From Octopus sinensis (lineage: Eukaryota), in contig NC_043005.1 in assembly GCF_006345805.1 (NCBI RefSeq), positions 78,678,001-78,742,000 on the forward strand: 64,000 bases of DNA. Direction: 5' to 3'. Below the pieces are notes generated by a model. The model ran no database searches. It was not told where the DNA came from and worked only from the letters and a program-made list of their open reading frames with translations. Every line of letters begins with the position of its first letter. Within the stretch, counting starts at the first letter, position 1. Positions 12,480 to 25,083 of this stretch are shown piece by piece. A program made the translations under genes and the position numbers.

Positions 12480-12872
12480 GGCGTAGGAGTGGCTGTGTGG
12501 TAAGTAGCTTGCTTACCAGCCACATGGTTCCGGGTTCCATCCCACTGCGTGGCACCTTGGGAAAGTGCCTCGGGCTGACCAAAGCCTTGTGAGTGGATTT
12601 GGTAGACGGAAACTGAAAGAAGCCCGTTGTATATATGTATGTATATATAAGTATGTGTGTGTGTATATGTTTGTGTGTATGTTTGTCCCCTCCCCACATC
12701 ACTTGACAACCGATGCTGGTGTGTTTACGTCCCCGTAACTCAGCGGTCCGGTAAAAGAGACCGATGGAATAAGTACTAGGTTTCCGAAGAATAAGTCCAG
12801 GGATCGATTTGCTCGACTAAAGGCGGTGCTCCAGTATGGCTGCACTCAAATGACTGAAACAAGTAAAAAGAG
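12480..12872 (+). mobile_element. Full-length CORE-like tRNA-SINE (about 390 bp, internal microsatellite)
   Basis: Head GGCGTAGGAGTGGCTGTGTGGTAAG, GGGTTCCATCCC, CACCTTGGGAAAGTG; tail GGTGCTCCAGTATGGCTGCACTC. Confidence 0.85.
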
Positions 12873-12919
12873 TATATAAATATAAAAAAAAAAATAATGA
12901 TCTCGGTTCATCTAAAGTG

Positions 12920-13265
12920 ATGGCAGAATCGTTAGCACGTCGGGCGAAATGCTTGGCGGTATTACGTCTGAGTTCAAATTCCGCTGAGGTCTATTTTGCC
13001 TGTCATCCTGGGGTCGATATAATCGACTCAATCCGTTTGTCTGTCCTTGTTTGTCCTCTCTGTGTTTAGCCCCTTGTGGGCAGTAAAGAAATAGCTATTT
13101 CATCTGCCGTTACTTTCTGAGTTCAAATTCCGTTGAGGTCGATTTTGTCTTTCATCCTCTCGGGGTCGATTATCATAAGTACCAGTTACGCATTGGGATC
13201 GATTTAATTGACTTAATCCCTTTGTTTTTCCCCTCTATGTTTACCCCTCTGTGGGCAATAAAGAA
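12920..13265 (+). mobile_element. Meta-domain SINE dimer
   Basis: Two consecutive GAGTTCAAATTCCG...GGGGTCGAT units. Confidence 0.8.
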
Positions 13266-13526
13266 ATATACATAGACTAGTAAGCGAGCCTCTATGTGGC
13301 CTCTGAACATGCTAGACATAGCAGTGAAATTACCCTCGCTTCACACTCTCGCGCCTTAAAAAGAAAAAAGTATTATTGCATGATGTGGCCCTTAATGTAC
13401 ACTGTTTAAAATAGAATATAGAAGGCGTCATGGATGAAATCTGCTATTCTTAGATCTGCTGAATCGGATCTGGAGTTTCGTTAAACGTCAACATAATTAG
13501 CATACTGTGTCAGCAACAGCAATAGT

Positions 13527-13720
13527 GGAGGCGCAAAGGCCCAGTGGTTAGAGCAGCGGACTCGCGGTCGGAGGATCGCAGTTTCGATTTCCAGACCGGG
13601 CGTTGTATGTGTTTATTGAGCGAAAACACCTAAAGCTCCACGAGGCTCCAGCAGGGGGTGGTGGGGAACCCTGTTGTACTCTTTGGCCCCAACTTTCACT
13701 CTTTCGTCCTGTTTCTTGTC
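13527..13720 (+). mobile_element. tRNA-SINE family III
   Basis: GTGGAGGCGCAAAGGCCCAGTGGTTAGAGCAGCGG, GTTTCGATTTCCAGACC; other copies at 14000-14190, 49373-49665 and 55825-56212. Confidence 0.8.
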
Positions 13721-13936
13721 CCCGACTTCCTACGCAACCGGTGAGCTTGGATGCACATTCATCCATCCGTCGATGTTCTCGGTGTCGGGGGCTTGACCTG
13801 CTTTCTCTTCTGCGGGTCTTATGAATAGCAAAGGACCACGTTTCGGACTTCTCCCATCTTGCGAGCTCTGGGACGAAGACCGTTCGTTCAACAGCAACAG
13901 CAACAGCATCAACAGCAACAGCAGCAACAGTAACAG

Positions 13937-13983
<47 letters not shown>

Positions 13984-13999
13984 GCCAACAGCAACAACA

Positions 14000-14190
14000 G
14001 TAGAGGCGAAATGGCCCAGTGGTTAGGGCAGCAGACTCGCGGTGGTAAAAACGCGGTTTCGATTCCCAGACCGGGCATTGTGAGTGTTTATTGAGCAAAA
14101 TCACCTAAGCTCCACATAGCTCCGGCGGGAGGTGGGGGTGAACTCCGCTGTACTCTTTCCCCACAACTTTTTCTCACTCATTCTTCCTAC
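14000..14190 (+). mobile_element. tRNA-SINE family III, second copy after (CAG/CAA)n
   Basis: Homologous to 13527-13720. Confidence 0.8.
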
Positions 14191-15040
14191 TTCTGCCACA
14201 TAGCAGAGGAACCATGGTGTAACTCACTATGGTGTAGTAAACTTTGAGACCCTAGTCTACATTGCGAATCCTCTGTACCCCAGGATGGTTCAGCTCTCCA
14301 CCCGTTAAAAGCCACCGTTTACGGAATGAGGATAACAACGTAGCTTTCGCGCCCGTGCAACCGCCAGTCTATCTCGTGTGGTGGGTGGAATTTCAAGTTG
14401 CCACACGCATTCTTAGTAGCTTAGAGTAGGTTCGAATTAGAGATTATTCTTTATGGCTAATGGCGTGAGTCCTGAGTGGAAGAAGAAAGAAGAAGAAGAA
14501 GAAGAAGAAGAAGAAGAAGAAGAAGAAGAAGAAGAAGAAGAAGAAGGAGAAGAAGAAGAAGAAGAAGCAGCACCAGCAGTGACAATAACAGCAGCTACAA
14601 TAACAGTAACAACAACAACAAACAACTACCACAACAAAAACAATAATTACAACACCCGTACCCGATAACATTTCCGAACTGGGAAATGCATTTATACCCC
14701 TAATGATCTCTTCTGTTACTTATAAGAAAACGACGAAAAAATTGGGGAAATTTATAATGTGTCACAATAAGCATAACGTATCCCGAGGTAATATAATCCT
14801 GATTACGGCCACATAAGCGTCTTTAGAGACATCACTTGCCTGGTGAGATGCTAACGTTGCGGAAGGGCTGTCTTTCAGTTAAAATGTTAGAGGTATTTTG
14901 TGTGAAAGGGCCACAGCAGTTGTCTCTCTATGTAGAACTTGATGGCAGATTACAAACGTTCAGGATCTTTCTTGATTGAGGCAATCTTCCTCGTCATTCA
15001 GTTTCGCATTCTCTTCTACACACACATACACCTAATGAAG

Positions 15041-15110
<70 letters not shown>

Positions 15111-15508
15111 TCATACACATGAATACAGTTATATATATATATATATATATATATCTATATATATATATTAATGTATATATATATATATTCTTTTATACAT
15201 TTATTTGTTTCACTCATTTGACTGCGGCCATGCTGGAGCACCGCGTTGAAGGGTTTTTAGTCGAACAAATCGATCCAGGATTTAATTTTTAAAGCGTAGT
15301 ATGTATTCTATCGATCTCTTTGCCGAATCGCTAAGTTACAAGATAAACACAACACCATCGGTTGTCAAGCGATGGCAAGGGGACAAACAAACACACACAA
15401 ATAAATATATATATTCTCACGCAGTGGGACTGAACCCGGAACCATATGGTTGGGAAGTAAATTTCCTACCACACAGACACTCCTGTGCCGAAAGAACCTT
15501 GTATCAAT

Positions 15509-15590
15509 TGTTGTCGATAAGATTCGAACCTATGCGGGGAGACTGCTGTGGAGTTCTAGTCCATCGCCTTGATCACTCGGTCACTACAAA
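15509..15590 (-). tRNA. tRNA-Ser(AGA) pseudogene
   Basis: Minus strand TTTGTAGTGACCGAGTGATCAAGGCGATGGACT-AGA-ACTCCACAGCAGTCTCCCCGCATAGGTTCGAATCTTATCGACAACA; resembles eukaryotic Ser-AGA with acceptor and anticodon stem mismatches. Confidence 0.75.
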
Positions 15591-15861
15591 ATCCAATTTA
15601 TTGTACATAATTTTCAAAAACTAAAACTTACATGGACCGCCAGTATTCTTATGGACCCCGGTTGAGGACTACAAGACGAAACCCTCCGAAGCCGTGTTCT
15701 AGCATGGCCGCAGTTCAATGACTGAGACAAGTAAGAAAATGAAAGAAAAGACGAGGTCAAATTTGGCATTAGATTATAAGAAAAACCGCTAAGCAACAGA
15801 CAGACCCCTTAAAGTTTTCCATACTATTACAATTCTGATATTTTCTATCGGTACTAATTTC

Positions 15862-16625
15862 TGCGAGCTGGCAGAAGCGTTAGCACGCCGGGCGAAATGC
15901 GTAGCCTTATTTCGTCTGCCGTTACGTTCTGAGTTCAAATTCCGCCGTGGTCGACTTTCATTCCATCCTTTCGGGATCGATAAATTAAGTACCAGTTACA
16001 CACTGGGGTCGATCTAGTTGACTTAATCCGTTTGTCTGTCCTTCTTTGTCTTCTCTATGTTTAGCCCCTTGTGGGCAATAAAGAAATAAGAAACGATAGC
16101 ACGCCGGGCGAAATGTTTTGCAGTATTTCGTCTGCCGTTACGTTCTCAGTTCAAATTCCACCGAGGTCGACTTTGCCTTTCATCCTTTCGGGGTCGATTA
16201 AATAAGTACCAGTTACGCACTGGGGTCGATATAATCGACTTAATCCGTTTGTCTGTCCTTACTTGTCCTCTCTGTGTTTTGCTCCTTGTGGGTTGTAAAG
16301 AAATAGGTATTTCGTCTGCCGCTACGTTTTGAGTACAAATTCCGCCGAGGTCAACTTTGCCTTTCATCCTTTCGGGGTCGATTATATATATATATGTATG
16401 TGTGTGTGTGTGTGTGTATGTGTGTGTATGTGTATGTGTATGTTTGTCTGTCTTTGTTTGTCCCCTCCCCCAACATCGCTTGACAACCGATCCTGGTGTG
16501 TTTACGTCCCCGTAACTTAGCGGTTCGGCAAGAGACAGAATAAGTACTAGGCTTCCAAAGAACAAGTCCTGGGGTCGATTCGCTCAACTAAAAGGTGGTG
16601 CTCCAGCATGGCCGCAGTCACATGA
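15862..16625 (+). mobile_element. Meta-domain SINE trimer followed by the 3' half of a CORE-like SINE
   Basis: Three repeated units 15862-16385; family tail 16440-16625. Confidence 0.8.
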
Positions 16626-17120
16626 CTAAAAATAACTGAAAAGGAACAAAACAATTACTAGATATTTGAATGACTTTATTAAAAGAATTGTTCAGTTCGG
16701 GAAAACCTGGAGCTAAACAAAAACAACAAAATCCCCAACCAAAACCGTCCAACTCTTATTCTTCTATTCCATCTCATTCCAAGTCATTCCTAAACGTACT
16801 CCCCTCTCGTTTCTATTCTGCTAATAGCTATTTTGCTACTGTGTCATCTGATTCTCTATCATTCCTCTTACCTGCTGTGTTATCAGTCTGTGTGTGTGTG
16901 TGTGTTGTGTGAGTTTGTGTGTGTTGTGTGTGTATGTGCGTGTGCATGAGTTTGTATGTATGTGTGTGTGTGTGTGCGTGTGTGTATGTGCGTGTGCATG
17001 AGTTTGTATGTGTGTGTGTGTGTGTGCGTGTGTATGTGCGTGTGCATGAGTTTGTATGTGTGTGTGTGTGTGTGCATGTCTCTCTGTTAATCTATCTATC
17101 TATTCATCTATCTATCTATC

Positions 17121-17211
<91 letters not shown>

Positions 17212-17278
17212 CGTCCGTCTGTCTATCTGTCTGTCTGCCTGTCTGTCTATCTATCTATCTCCCCATCTGTCTGTCCAT

Positions 17279-17352
<74 letters not shown>

Positions 17353-17869
17353 CACTTTTAAACTCATCATATCTCTATCATCTCCCTAATGGATTACCTC
17401 CCCTTTTTCTCACACAACTCCACGAACATACTTACCTCCACTTGTTTCATTTTCAAATGTTCGTTATCTTTTTCTTTTTTCTCGTCGTTTACTTGTTATA
17501 CCTTATTTTATCCTCTACCAAGGCGGCGAGCTGGCAGAATCATTAGCGAACCAGATAAAATGCTTAACGTCATTTCGTTTGCTTTTGCGTTCTGAGTTCA
17601 AATTCCATCACGGATAAGTTTATCTTTCGGAATCGATTAAATAAGTACCAGTTAGAAATCGGGATCCTCTATAAAAACTGTGCCAAAATTTGGCTGTGGT
17701 AAGAAGCTTGCTTCCCAACGACATGGCTCCGGGTCCGGTACAACCAGTACGTGGGGCCTTGGGCAAGTGCCTTTTTCGGTAGCCTCGGGCCGACCAAAGG
17801 GTTGCGGGTAGATTTGGAAGACAGAACCTGAAAGAAGCCCATTGTATGTATATATTTAAAATTAGTGTG

Positions 17870-18090
17870 CAATTAAATACAAAAAGAGGTGACCCTTAAG
17901 AGGCTGCCTTACAAGATAGAAGGAGCAGTCAAAACACCCAAAACCACAGTTAAGAGCAATTTCGAAGGGAATGAAAAATAAAAACTTTTACCATGTTTTT
18001 ACAGCCAGACCTAGATTTCGAACTTTAATTATTAAATAAAATAATTTGCTAGGCGAAGTTCTCATCAGTGGGTACGCCAAACATTAGCTT
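17870..18090 (-). mobile_element. Probable Penelope pseudo-LTR fragment carrying a hammerhead
   Basis: Homologous to the left part of 19576-19847; contains the HHR at 18001-18075. Confidence 0.55.
18001..18075 (-). ncRNA. Type I hammerhead with intact core, extended domain II and GUC site
   Basis: gtaccca CTGATGA gaactt cgcctagca aattatt ttattt aataatt a aagttc GAA ATCTAGGT C tggctgt; G10.1-C11.1 present, 6-bp stem II plus a distal 7-bp hairpin. Confidence 0.8.
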
Positions 18091-18346
18091 ATAATTTAGA
18101 GACAGAATAACACGTGAATCATCATTATATATTATAATCTTTCAAATCCACTGCGCAACGCAGTTTCAGTCGGCAACAAATAGAAAAATATATGTATGTT
18201 TGTCCCCACCACCGCTTGATAACCGGTGTTGGTGTATTTACGTTCCTGTACTGAGCGGTTCGGTACAAGAAAACTATAGAATGAATACCAGGCTTTAAAA
18301 AAAAAGAAGTATTAGCGTCGATCAATTCGACTAAAAAGTCATTACT

Positions 18347-18386
<40 letters not shown>

Positions 18387-18411
18387 AAGTAAAAGTTAAA
18401 AAGTAATCCCA

Positions 18412-19157
18412 CAGGGTGTTGAAATAGTCTCACAGCAGAGAGACTTTTTGAACACCCTAAACACACACACATTCACACACAAACACTGTCACACACCCTC
18501 AACCACACGCACACACACAGGGTGTTCGAAAAATCTAAATCTCTGGAATGAATTTCTCGGCGAACGGATTATTTCGAAGGGACTTTGGCCAGCAAGATCA
18601 CCTGATTTAACAACACCGGACTCTGGGAGGAGGGCAGCAAGCAAAGGAGCGGTGTACATGAATTGCCCAAAAACCATTATTGAGCTAAAAGACGCGATCA
18701 TAACCTTCACACGGTCCATGCCGTGTCAGACTATCGAAGAGGCATTTTAAAACGTGTGTAGAAGAGTCAAGGACGACACATTCAACACCATCTTAATAAA
18801 TACTTAAGTTTGCAATGAAATACTGCGGAGAGACTTTTCGAACACCCTGTGTGTGTGCGTGTGGTTGAGTGTGTGTGACAGTGTTTGTGTGTGAATGTGT
18901 GTGTATGTGTGTGTGTGTGTGTGTTTAGGGTGTTCAAAAAGTCTCTCTGCTGTGAATTTTTTGCATTCAAGATGCATTTCGAAACATGTGTAGAAGTGTC
19001 AACTTATGTATTGAAAACGAATGACGACCCTGTCAACACCTCTTATATTCTTTTGTAGTCTTATAAGACTACATATTCTTTTGTAGTCTTATACCATATT
19101 ATAAATATTTATTTTGCAATATAATACTTACTATAGAGGGATGTTTTGAACACCCTG
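18412..19157 (+). mobile_element. Nested cluster of Tc1/mariner deletion derivatives
   Basis: Repeated TIRs CAGGGTGTTC(G/A)AAAA and GAACACCCTG; 18518-18849 encodes WPARSPDLTTPD...VYMNCPKTIIELKDAI (transposase C-terminus); further fragments at 18927-19157 and about 20059-20190. Confidence 0.85.
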
Positions 19158-19223
19158 TATATGTGTGTGTATGTGTGTGTGTGTGGTATATATAAAATAT
19201 ATATATATATATATATATATATA

Positions 19224-19522
19224 CTAGCAGTATCGCCGGGCGTTGCTCGGGTTTGTAAGGGAAATAACTATATAAGCATTTTAGAGATTACCTCCCTTAT
19301 ATAATAGCAAAAAAATGCATTAAAAATGGGAAAAAATGATGTTAATTTTTTTTTTTAATCGTAGACTCATCGTAGACGCGCGCTAATACCCAGAAGGGCT
19401 CGATATGAATCACGACTATAAGATACCGCTTTTGGTTTTAAACTACACTGCAAAAGTGGAGTAATTAGGAATCTAATCGTAGGAGGACAGACACTCACAC
19501 AATTTCACTTTATATATAAAGA
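19224..19522 (-). mobile_element. Non-autonomous Helitron-like element
   Basis: Minus strand 5' TC, 3' CTAG-T with subterminal hairpin CCGGGC-GTT-GCTCGG; inserted in (TA)n. Confidence 0.7.
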
Positions 19523-19575
19523 GATATATATATATAATATATATATATATATTATATAATATATATATATAGTAG

Positions 19576-19847
19576 TCATATAAATACATTGTACATTTAA
19601 ACACATAAGAGGTATCCGTCATAAGCTTCCTTTCACGCTAGAAGGAACAGCTAAAGTCCAAAGCACTTTTAGTGATAAAAACTCGAAGGGAATGAAAAAT
19701 AACATTTACCATCTATTTCCTTGACCATGGTTTCAGACATTTTTTTAGCAAATGTAATAATTAGCTAGGCAGCTGTTCCTTCTAGCGGGAAAGGAATCCT
19801 ATAACGGATACCTCTTATGTGTTTAAATGCACACTCTATTTATATGA
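19576..19847. mobile_element. Fold-back element with ~77-bp inverted arms and half a hammerhead
   Basis: Arms 19576-19652 and 19771-19847; minus strand GAA ACCATGGT C at 19723-19734, CUGAnGA half absent. Confidence 0.65.
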
Positions 19848-19927
19848 ATAATATATAGTCTACTGTTTAATTTTTCTGCACGCTAGGTGACAGGTAGTAA
19901 AAATTTGTAAGATCTTTATTACCCTGA

Positions 19928-19981
<54 letters not shown>

Positions 19982-20825
19982 TATATTATATATTATACTA
20001 TATATATATATATTATTATATATATATATAGATAATATATATATATGTAGGTATATGTAGGGTGTTTCAAGAATATCTCCGCAGGGAATTCTTTTCATCC
20101 AAGATGCATCTCAAAACGAGTAAAGGAGTCAACTTATGTATTAAAAATGAAGGACGGCACTTTCAATACCATCTTATTTTGCAATCAAATTCTTACTGCG
20201 GTATTTGTTCCGCGCCAAAATGCAGGGCATTGTGAGTTCGAACTTTAGTGTGAAATTTCTGAAGTTCTGTCAGGGGTCAATAAATAAACTACCAGTTCGA
20301 GACAGGGGATTATCGGAGTCGTTAGACAAGATGGAGGAGGTTATGTTGAAATGAGATGTGTTACCTTCGATAAGCTGTTCCGATATTTTGCCTTCTTAGT
20401 TAAAATACCCACTTATTTTCACTCCCTTCTTCTTGGGGGTAAAAAGCGAGGCATTCAGGACTCAGCTAAATGTAATAGGCTCCCATTAGACTCGAGTGAA
20501 ATCGAAGTTACACGAATAGGCGCAGGTGTGGCCTTGCAACCACATAGTTTCGGGTTCAGTCTCACTGCGCGGCACCTCGGGCAAGGGTCTTTTACTATTG
20601 TTCCAGGACCACCAGTAACTTCTGAGTTAAATTGGCACTTGGAAACTGTCTAGAAACCTTTGTAAAATTATAAATATATATATTATATATATATATATAT
20701 AATATATATATGTGTGTGTGGTGTGTGTGTGTGTGTGGTGTGTGTGTGTATGTTTGTGTGACTGCGTATGGAGGTACCGTTTTTTCTCCTCCGCCTTCCC
20801 GTCCTTGGATTTTTCCTTTTCCTAT

Positions 20826-20860
20826 GTTTCTGACGCAGAGCTCGGCTTGAAACGTTAAAT
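20826..20860 (+). ncRNA. Decayed minimal type I hammerhead (A9C)
   Basis: gttt CTGACGC a gagc tcg gctt GAA ACGT T aaat; related in layout to 6001-6036. Confidence 0.65.
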
Positions 20861-20957
20861 CATCCTTCTTTCTTTCCTTTCCTGAGCGTCCAATAACTAT
20901 ACTTGTTCCACGTCTCGCGTTGTTGGTTTCATATTTGGATTACTATTAATATATACC

Positions 20958-21025
<68 letters not shown>

Positions 21026-21989
21026 ATATATATACATACATATATATATATATACACATGCGTGGGGGGTAGAGAGGAGAGTGTTATTTTGTCTGTGTTT
21101 GCCCTCCCCTGTTGCTTGAAACCGGTGTTAGGTTGTTTACATTCCAATAATTTAGCAGTTAGACATAACGATCTGATAAAATACGTACCAAACCTAAGAA
21201 AGTAAACGTTAATACTGGAGTCAATTTGTTCGACTACTCCCTTCAAGATTGTGCTCCAGCATGGCCACAGTGCAATGACTGGAACAAGGAAAATATCAGC
21301 CAACAGAAACTTTTTTCTAGTACATTCCTTAAGAATCCTATCCTACCCTTTTTTAATATGAGATATCTGCGTCTATTCTTAGTAGAACGTCTGCTCGACC
21401 AAAACTGGCCTGGGGTTAAGAAACAGCAACAACAAAATGTACTGGTGTTGATTTGTTCAATTAAACCCCTTCAAGGCTGTGCCCCAGCATGGCCGCAGAC
21501 CAATGACAGAGACAAGCAAATGATCAACCAACCGACATTTTTTTTCCTCTCTCTCTCTCTCTTTCAAAAATTCCTTTAAAATCCTATTCTACGCTCTTGA
21601 GGCGAGGTACATTTCTCTGTTGATAATAATCAGGACTGACCTAGGGCTAAACAAAATCAACAAAAAAAAACAAACAAAACAGCAGCAGCAGCAAAAATAA
21701 CAACTAAGGGACAGAGGAGAGAGAGAGGCTGGCTTTTTTCAATGAACTAATTCACTTTAGCATATCTACTATAATAGCTCTCCAGTCGAACAAGAGTAGC
21801 TACAAGCAATGATAATTGTCGTATGGGGAACACCTACTGCTTACAATGAATTCTTTAAAAGCCTCATAATATTTCACCACCTACCGCTAGTCGTCTTGCG
21901 TCCTGGCTCTTATTCCATTAACTCATCTTGTGTGCGAGATGTGTGCGTGTGTGTGTGTGTGTGTGTGGTGTGTGTGTGTGTGGTGTGTG

Positions 21990-22860
21990 TGTGTGTCTGT
22001 GTGTGTCTGTGTGTTATGTACGTATATATGTTTGTATGCATGTGTGTACGTCTCTATGTATACATGTACGTACGTATGTATGCGTATGTTTGCATGTATG
22101 TATGTACGCATATGTTTCATTATATGTATGTATGCACGTATGTATGCATGTATGTATACATGTACGTATGTATGCTTATGTATGTATGTACGTAGTATGT
22201 ATGCGTATGTGCGCGTATGTGTATATGTGTGTATGTATGCACGTATGCATGTATATACGAATGCATGAGTGTATGTATGTATGTATGCATGTATGTATGT
22301 ACGTATATATGGGTATGTATGTATGTATGTATGTATGTATGTATGTATGTTTGAATGTATGTATGTAAATATGCATGCATGTACGTATATATGTTTGTTT
22401 GTATATATGCATGTATGTACGTATCTTTCTTTATATGTATGTATGTGCGTATGTATGCTTATGTATGTACGCATGCATGTACGTATGTATGCGTATGTGC
22501 ACGTATGTGTATATGTGTACATGTATGGGTGTATGTATGCGCGTATGCATGTATATACGAATGCATGGGTGTATGTACGTATGTACGTATATATGTATGT
22601 ATGTACGCATGTATGCGTAAGTTTTGTATGTGTGTATGTTTATTTGCATGCATGTTTGTATGTGTCTATGTACATATATGTTTGTTTAAATGTATGTACG
22701 TACGTATGTATGCGTATGTTCCCGTATGTGTATATGTGTGTATGTCTGCGCGTATGCATATATATACGAATGCATGAGTGTATGCATGCATGTTTGCATG
22801 TATGTATATATGTACATACATATGTGTATATGTGCATGCATGTGTGTATATTTAAATGTG
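21990..22860. repeat. Degenerate (TATG)n array with higher-order duplications
   Basis: Block GCGTATGTG...GTATGCATGTATATACGAATGCATG recurs three times. Confidence 0.9.
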
Positions 22861-22888
22861 CGTGTGCATATATATATATACATGCATG

Positions 22889-22938
<50 letters not shown>

Positions 22939-23065
22939 GATATATCACAATCAAGGAACGGCCATAATAGGCCATTCACCCACTAGAAATAACAGCCAAA
23001 GCTTCAACCGCGAATAAACATCAATTCCGTAAACCAGGAGAAAATTAAAAAACATTTACCCTGTA

Positions 23066-23171
23066 ATTTCTTATACGATGCACCGTTTCATCTACTGTTA
23101 ATGGTAAACTAACCTGATTAAATTAAATCAAGCCAATCTTCCATAGGCCCTTAGAATCATCAGTAAGAAAT
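23066..23171 (-). ncRNA. Type I hammerhead, array unit F1
   Basis: Reverse complement reads atttctta CTGATGA [domain II] GAA ACGGTGCATCGT A taagaaat. Confidence 0.85.
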
Positions 23172-23550
23172 AGCCAAGTCGGAACAGATATTTTCACGAG
23201 GCATTTCCGACCCTGCCTCGGCAATATCTGACCTAAAATTTTCAAATCATCGCACTCGCGCCAAATTTATCGGCAGCAAATAAATATAAGCCGCCGATTC
23301 CATTACGGAACTAACCAGAAAATTCATAATTAATCAATATAGGGTGGCAAAAAATTTTGTAGAATTTTTTTGCCACCAGTGGCCTAGTGGGAAAAAGTTA
23401 AATAGTCATAGACCATTTTTAAGTTCAACATCACAATCAAGGAACGGCCATAATAGGCCATTCACCCACTAGAAATAACAGCCAAAGCTTCACCGCAAAT
23501 AAACATCAATTCCGTAAACCAGGAGAAAATTAAAAAACATTTACCCTGTA

Positions 23551-23656
23551 ATTTCTTATACGATGCACCGTTTCATCTACTGTTAATGGTAAACTAACCT
23601 GATTAAATTAAATCAAGCCAATCTTCCATAGGCCCTTAGAATCATCAGTAAGAAAT
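23551..23656 (-). ncRNA. Type I hammerhead, array unit F2
   Basis: Same motif as F1. Confidence 0.85.
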
Positions 23657-24119
23657 AGCCAAGTCGGAACAGATATTTTCACGAGGCATTTCCGACCCTG
23701 CCTCGGCAATATCTGACCTAAAATTTTCAAATCATCGCACTCGCGCCAAATTTATCGGCAGCAAATAAATATAAGCCGCCGATTCCATTACGGAACTAAC
23801 CAGAAAATTCATAATTAATCAATAGTGGGTGAATGGCCTATTATGGCCGTTCCTTGATTGTGATGTTGAACTTAAAAATGGTCTATGACTATTTAATTTT
23901 TTCCCACTAGGCCGCTGGTGGCAAAAAAATTCTACAAAATTTTTTGCCACCCTATATTGATTAATTATGAATTTTCTGGTTAGTTCCGTAATGGAATCGG
24001 CGGCTTATATTTATTTGCTGCCGATAATTTGCGCGAGTGCGATGATTTGAAAATTTTAGGTCAGATATTGCCGAGGCAGGTCGGAAATGCCTCGTGAAAA
24101 TATCTGTTCCGACTTGGCT

Positions 24120-24224
24120 ATTTCTTACTGATGATTCTAAGGGCCTATGGAAGATTGGCTTGATTTAATTTAATCAGGTAGTTTACCATTAAACAGTAGA
24201 TGAAACGGTGTTCGTATAAGAAAT
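24120..24224 (+). ncRNA. Type I hammerhead, array unit R1 (stem III variant)
   Basis: CTGATGA 24128-24134, GAAA 24202-24205, stem III ACGGTGTTCGT. Confidence 0.8.
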
Positions 24225-24598
24225 TACAGGGTAAATGGTTTTTAATTTTCTCCTGGTTTACGGAATTGATGTTTATTTGCGGTTGAAGCTTTGGCTGTTA
24301 TTTCTAGTGGGTGAAGGCCTATTATGGCCGTTCCTTGATTGTGATGTTGAACTAAAAATGGTCTATGACTATTTAATTTTTTCCCACTAGGCGCTGGTGG
24401 CAAAAAAATTCTACAAAATTTTTTGCCACCCTATATTGATTAATTATGAATTTTCTGGTAGTTCCGTAATGGAATCGGCGGCTTATATTTATTTGCTGCC
24501 GATAAATTTGGCGCGAGTGCGATGATTTGAAAATTTTAGGTCAGATATTGCCGAGGCGGGTCGGAATGCCTCGTGAAAATATCTGTTCCGACTTGGCT

Positions 24599-24706
24599 AT
24601 TTCTTACTGATGATTCTAAGGGCCTATGGAAGATTGGCTTGATTTAATTTAATCAGGTTAGGTTACCATTAAACAGTAGATGAAACGTGCATCGTATATA
24701 AGAAAT
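24599..24706 (+). ncRNA. Type I hammerhead, array unit R2 (small indels near the cleavage site)
   Basis: CTGATGA 24607-24613, GAAA 24682-24685, then CGTGCATCGTATATAAGAAAT. Confidence 0.7.
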
Positions 24707-25083
24707 TACAGGTAAATGTTTTTTAATTTTCTCCTGGTTTACGGAATTGATGTTTATTTGCGGTTGAAGCTTTGGCTGTTATTTCTAGTGGGTGAATGGC
24801 CTATTATGGCCGTTCCTTGATTGTGATGTTGAACTTAAAAATGGTCTATGACTATTTAATTTTTTCCCACTAGGCCGCTGGTGGCAAAAAAATTCTACAA
24901 AATTTTTTGCCACCCTATATTGATTAATTATGAATTTTCTGGTTAGTTCCGTAATGGAATCGCGGCTTATATTTATTTGCTGCCGATAAATTTGGCGCGA
25001 GTGCGATGATTTGAAAATTTTAGGTCAGATATTGCCGAGGCAGGTCGGAAATGCCTCGTGAAAATATCTGTTCCGACTTGGCT

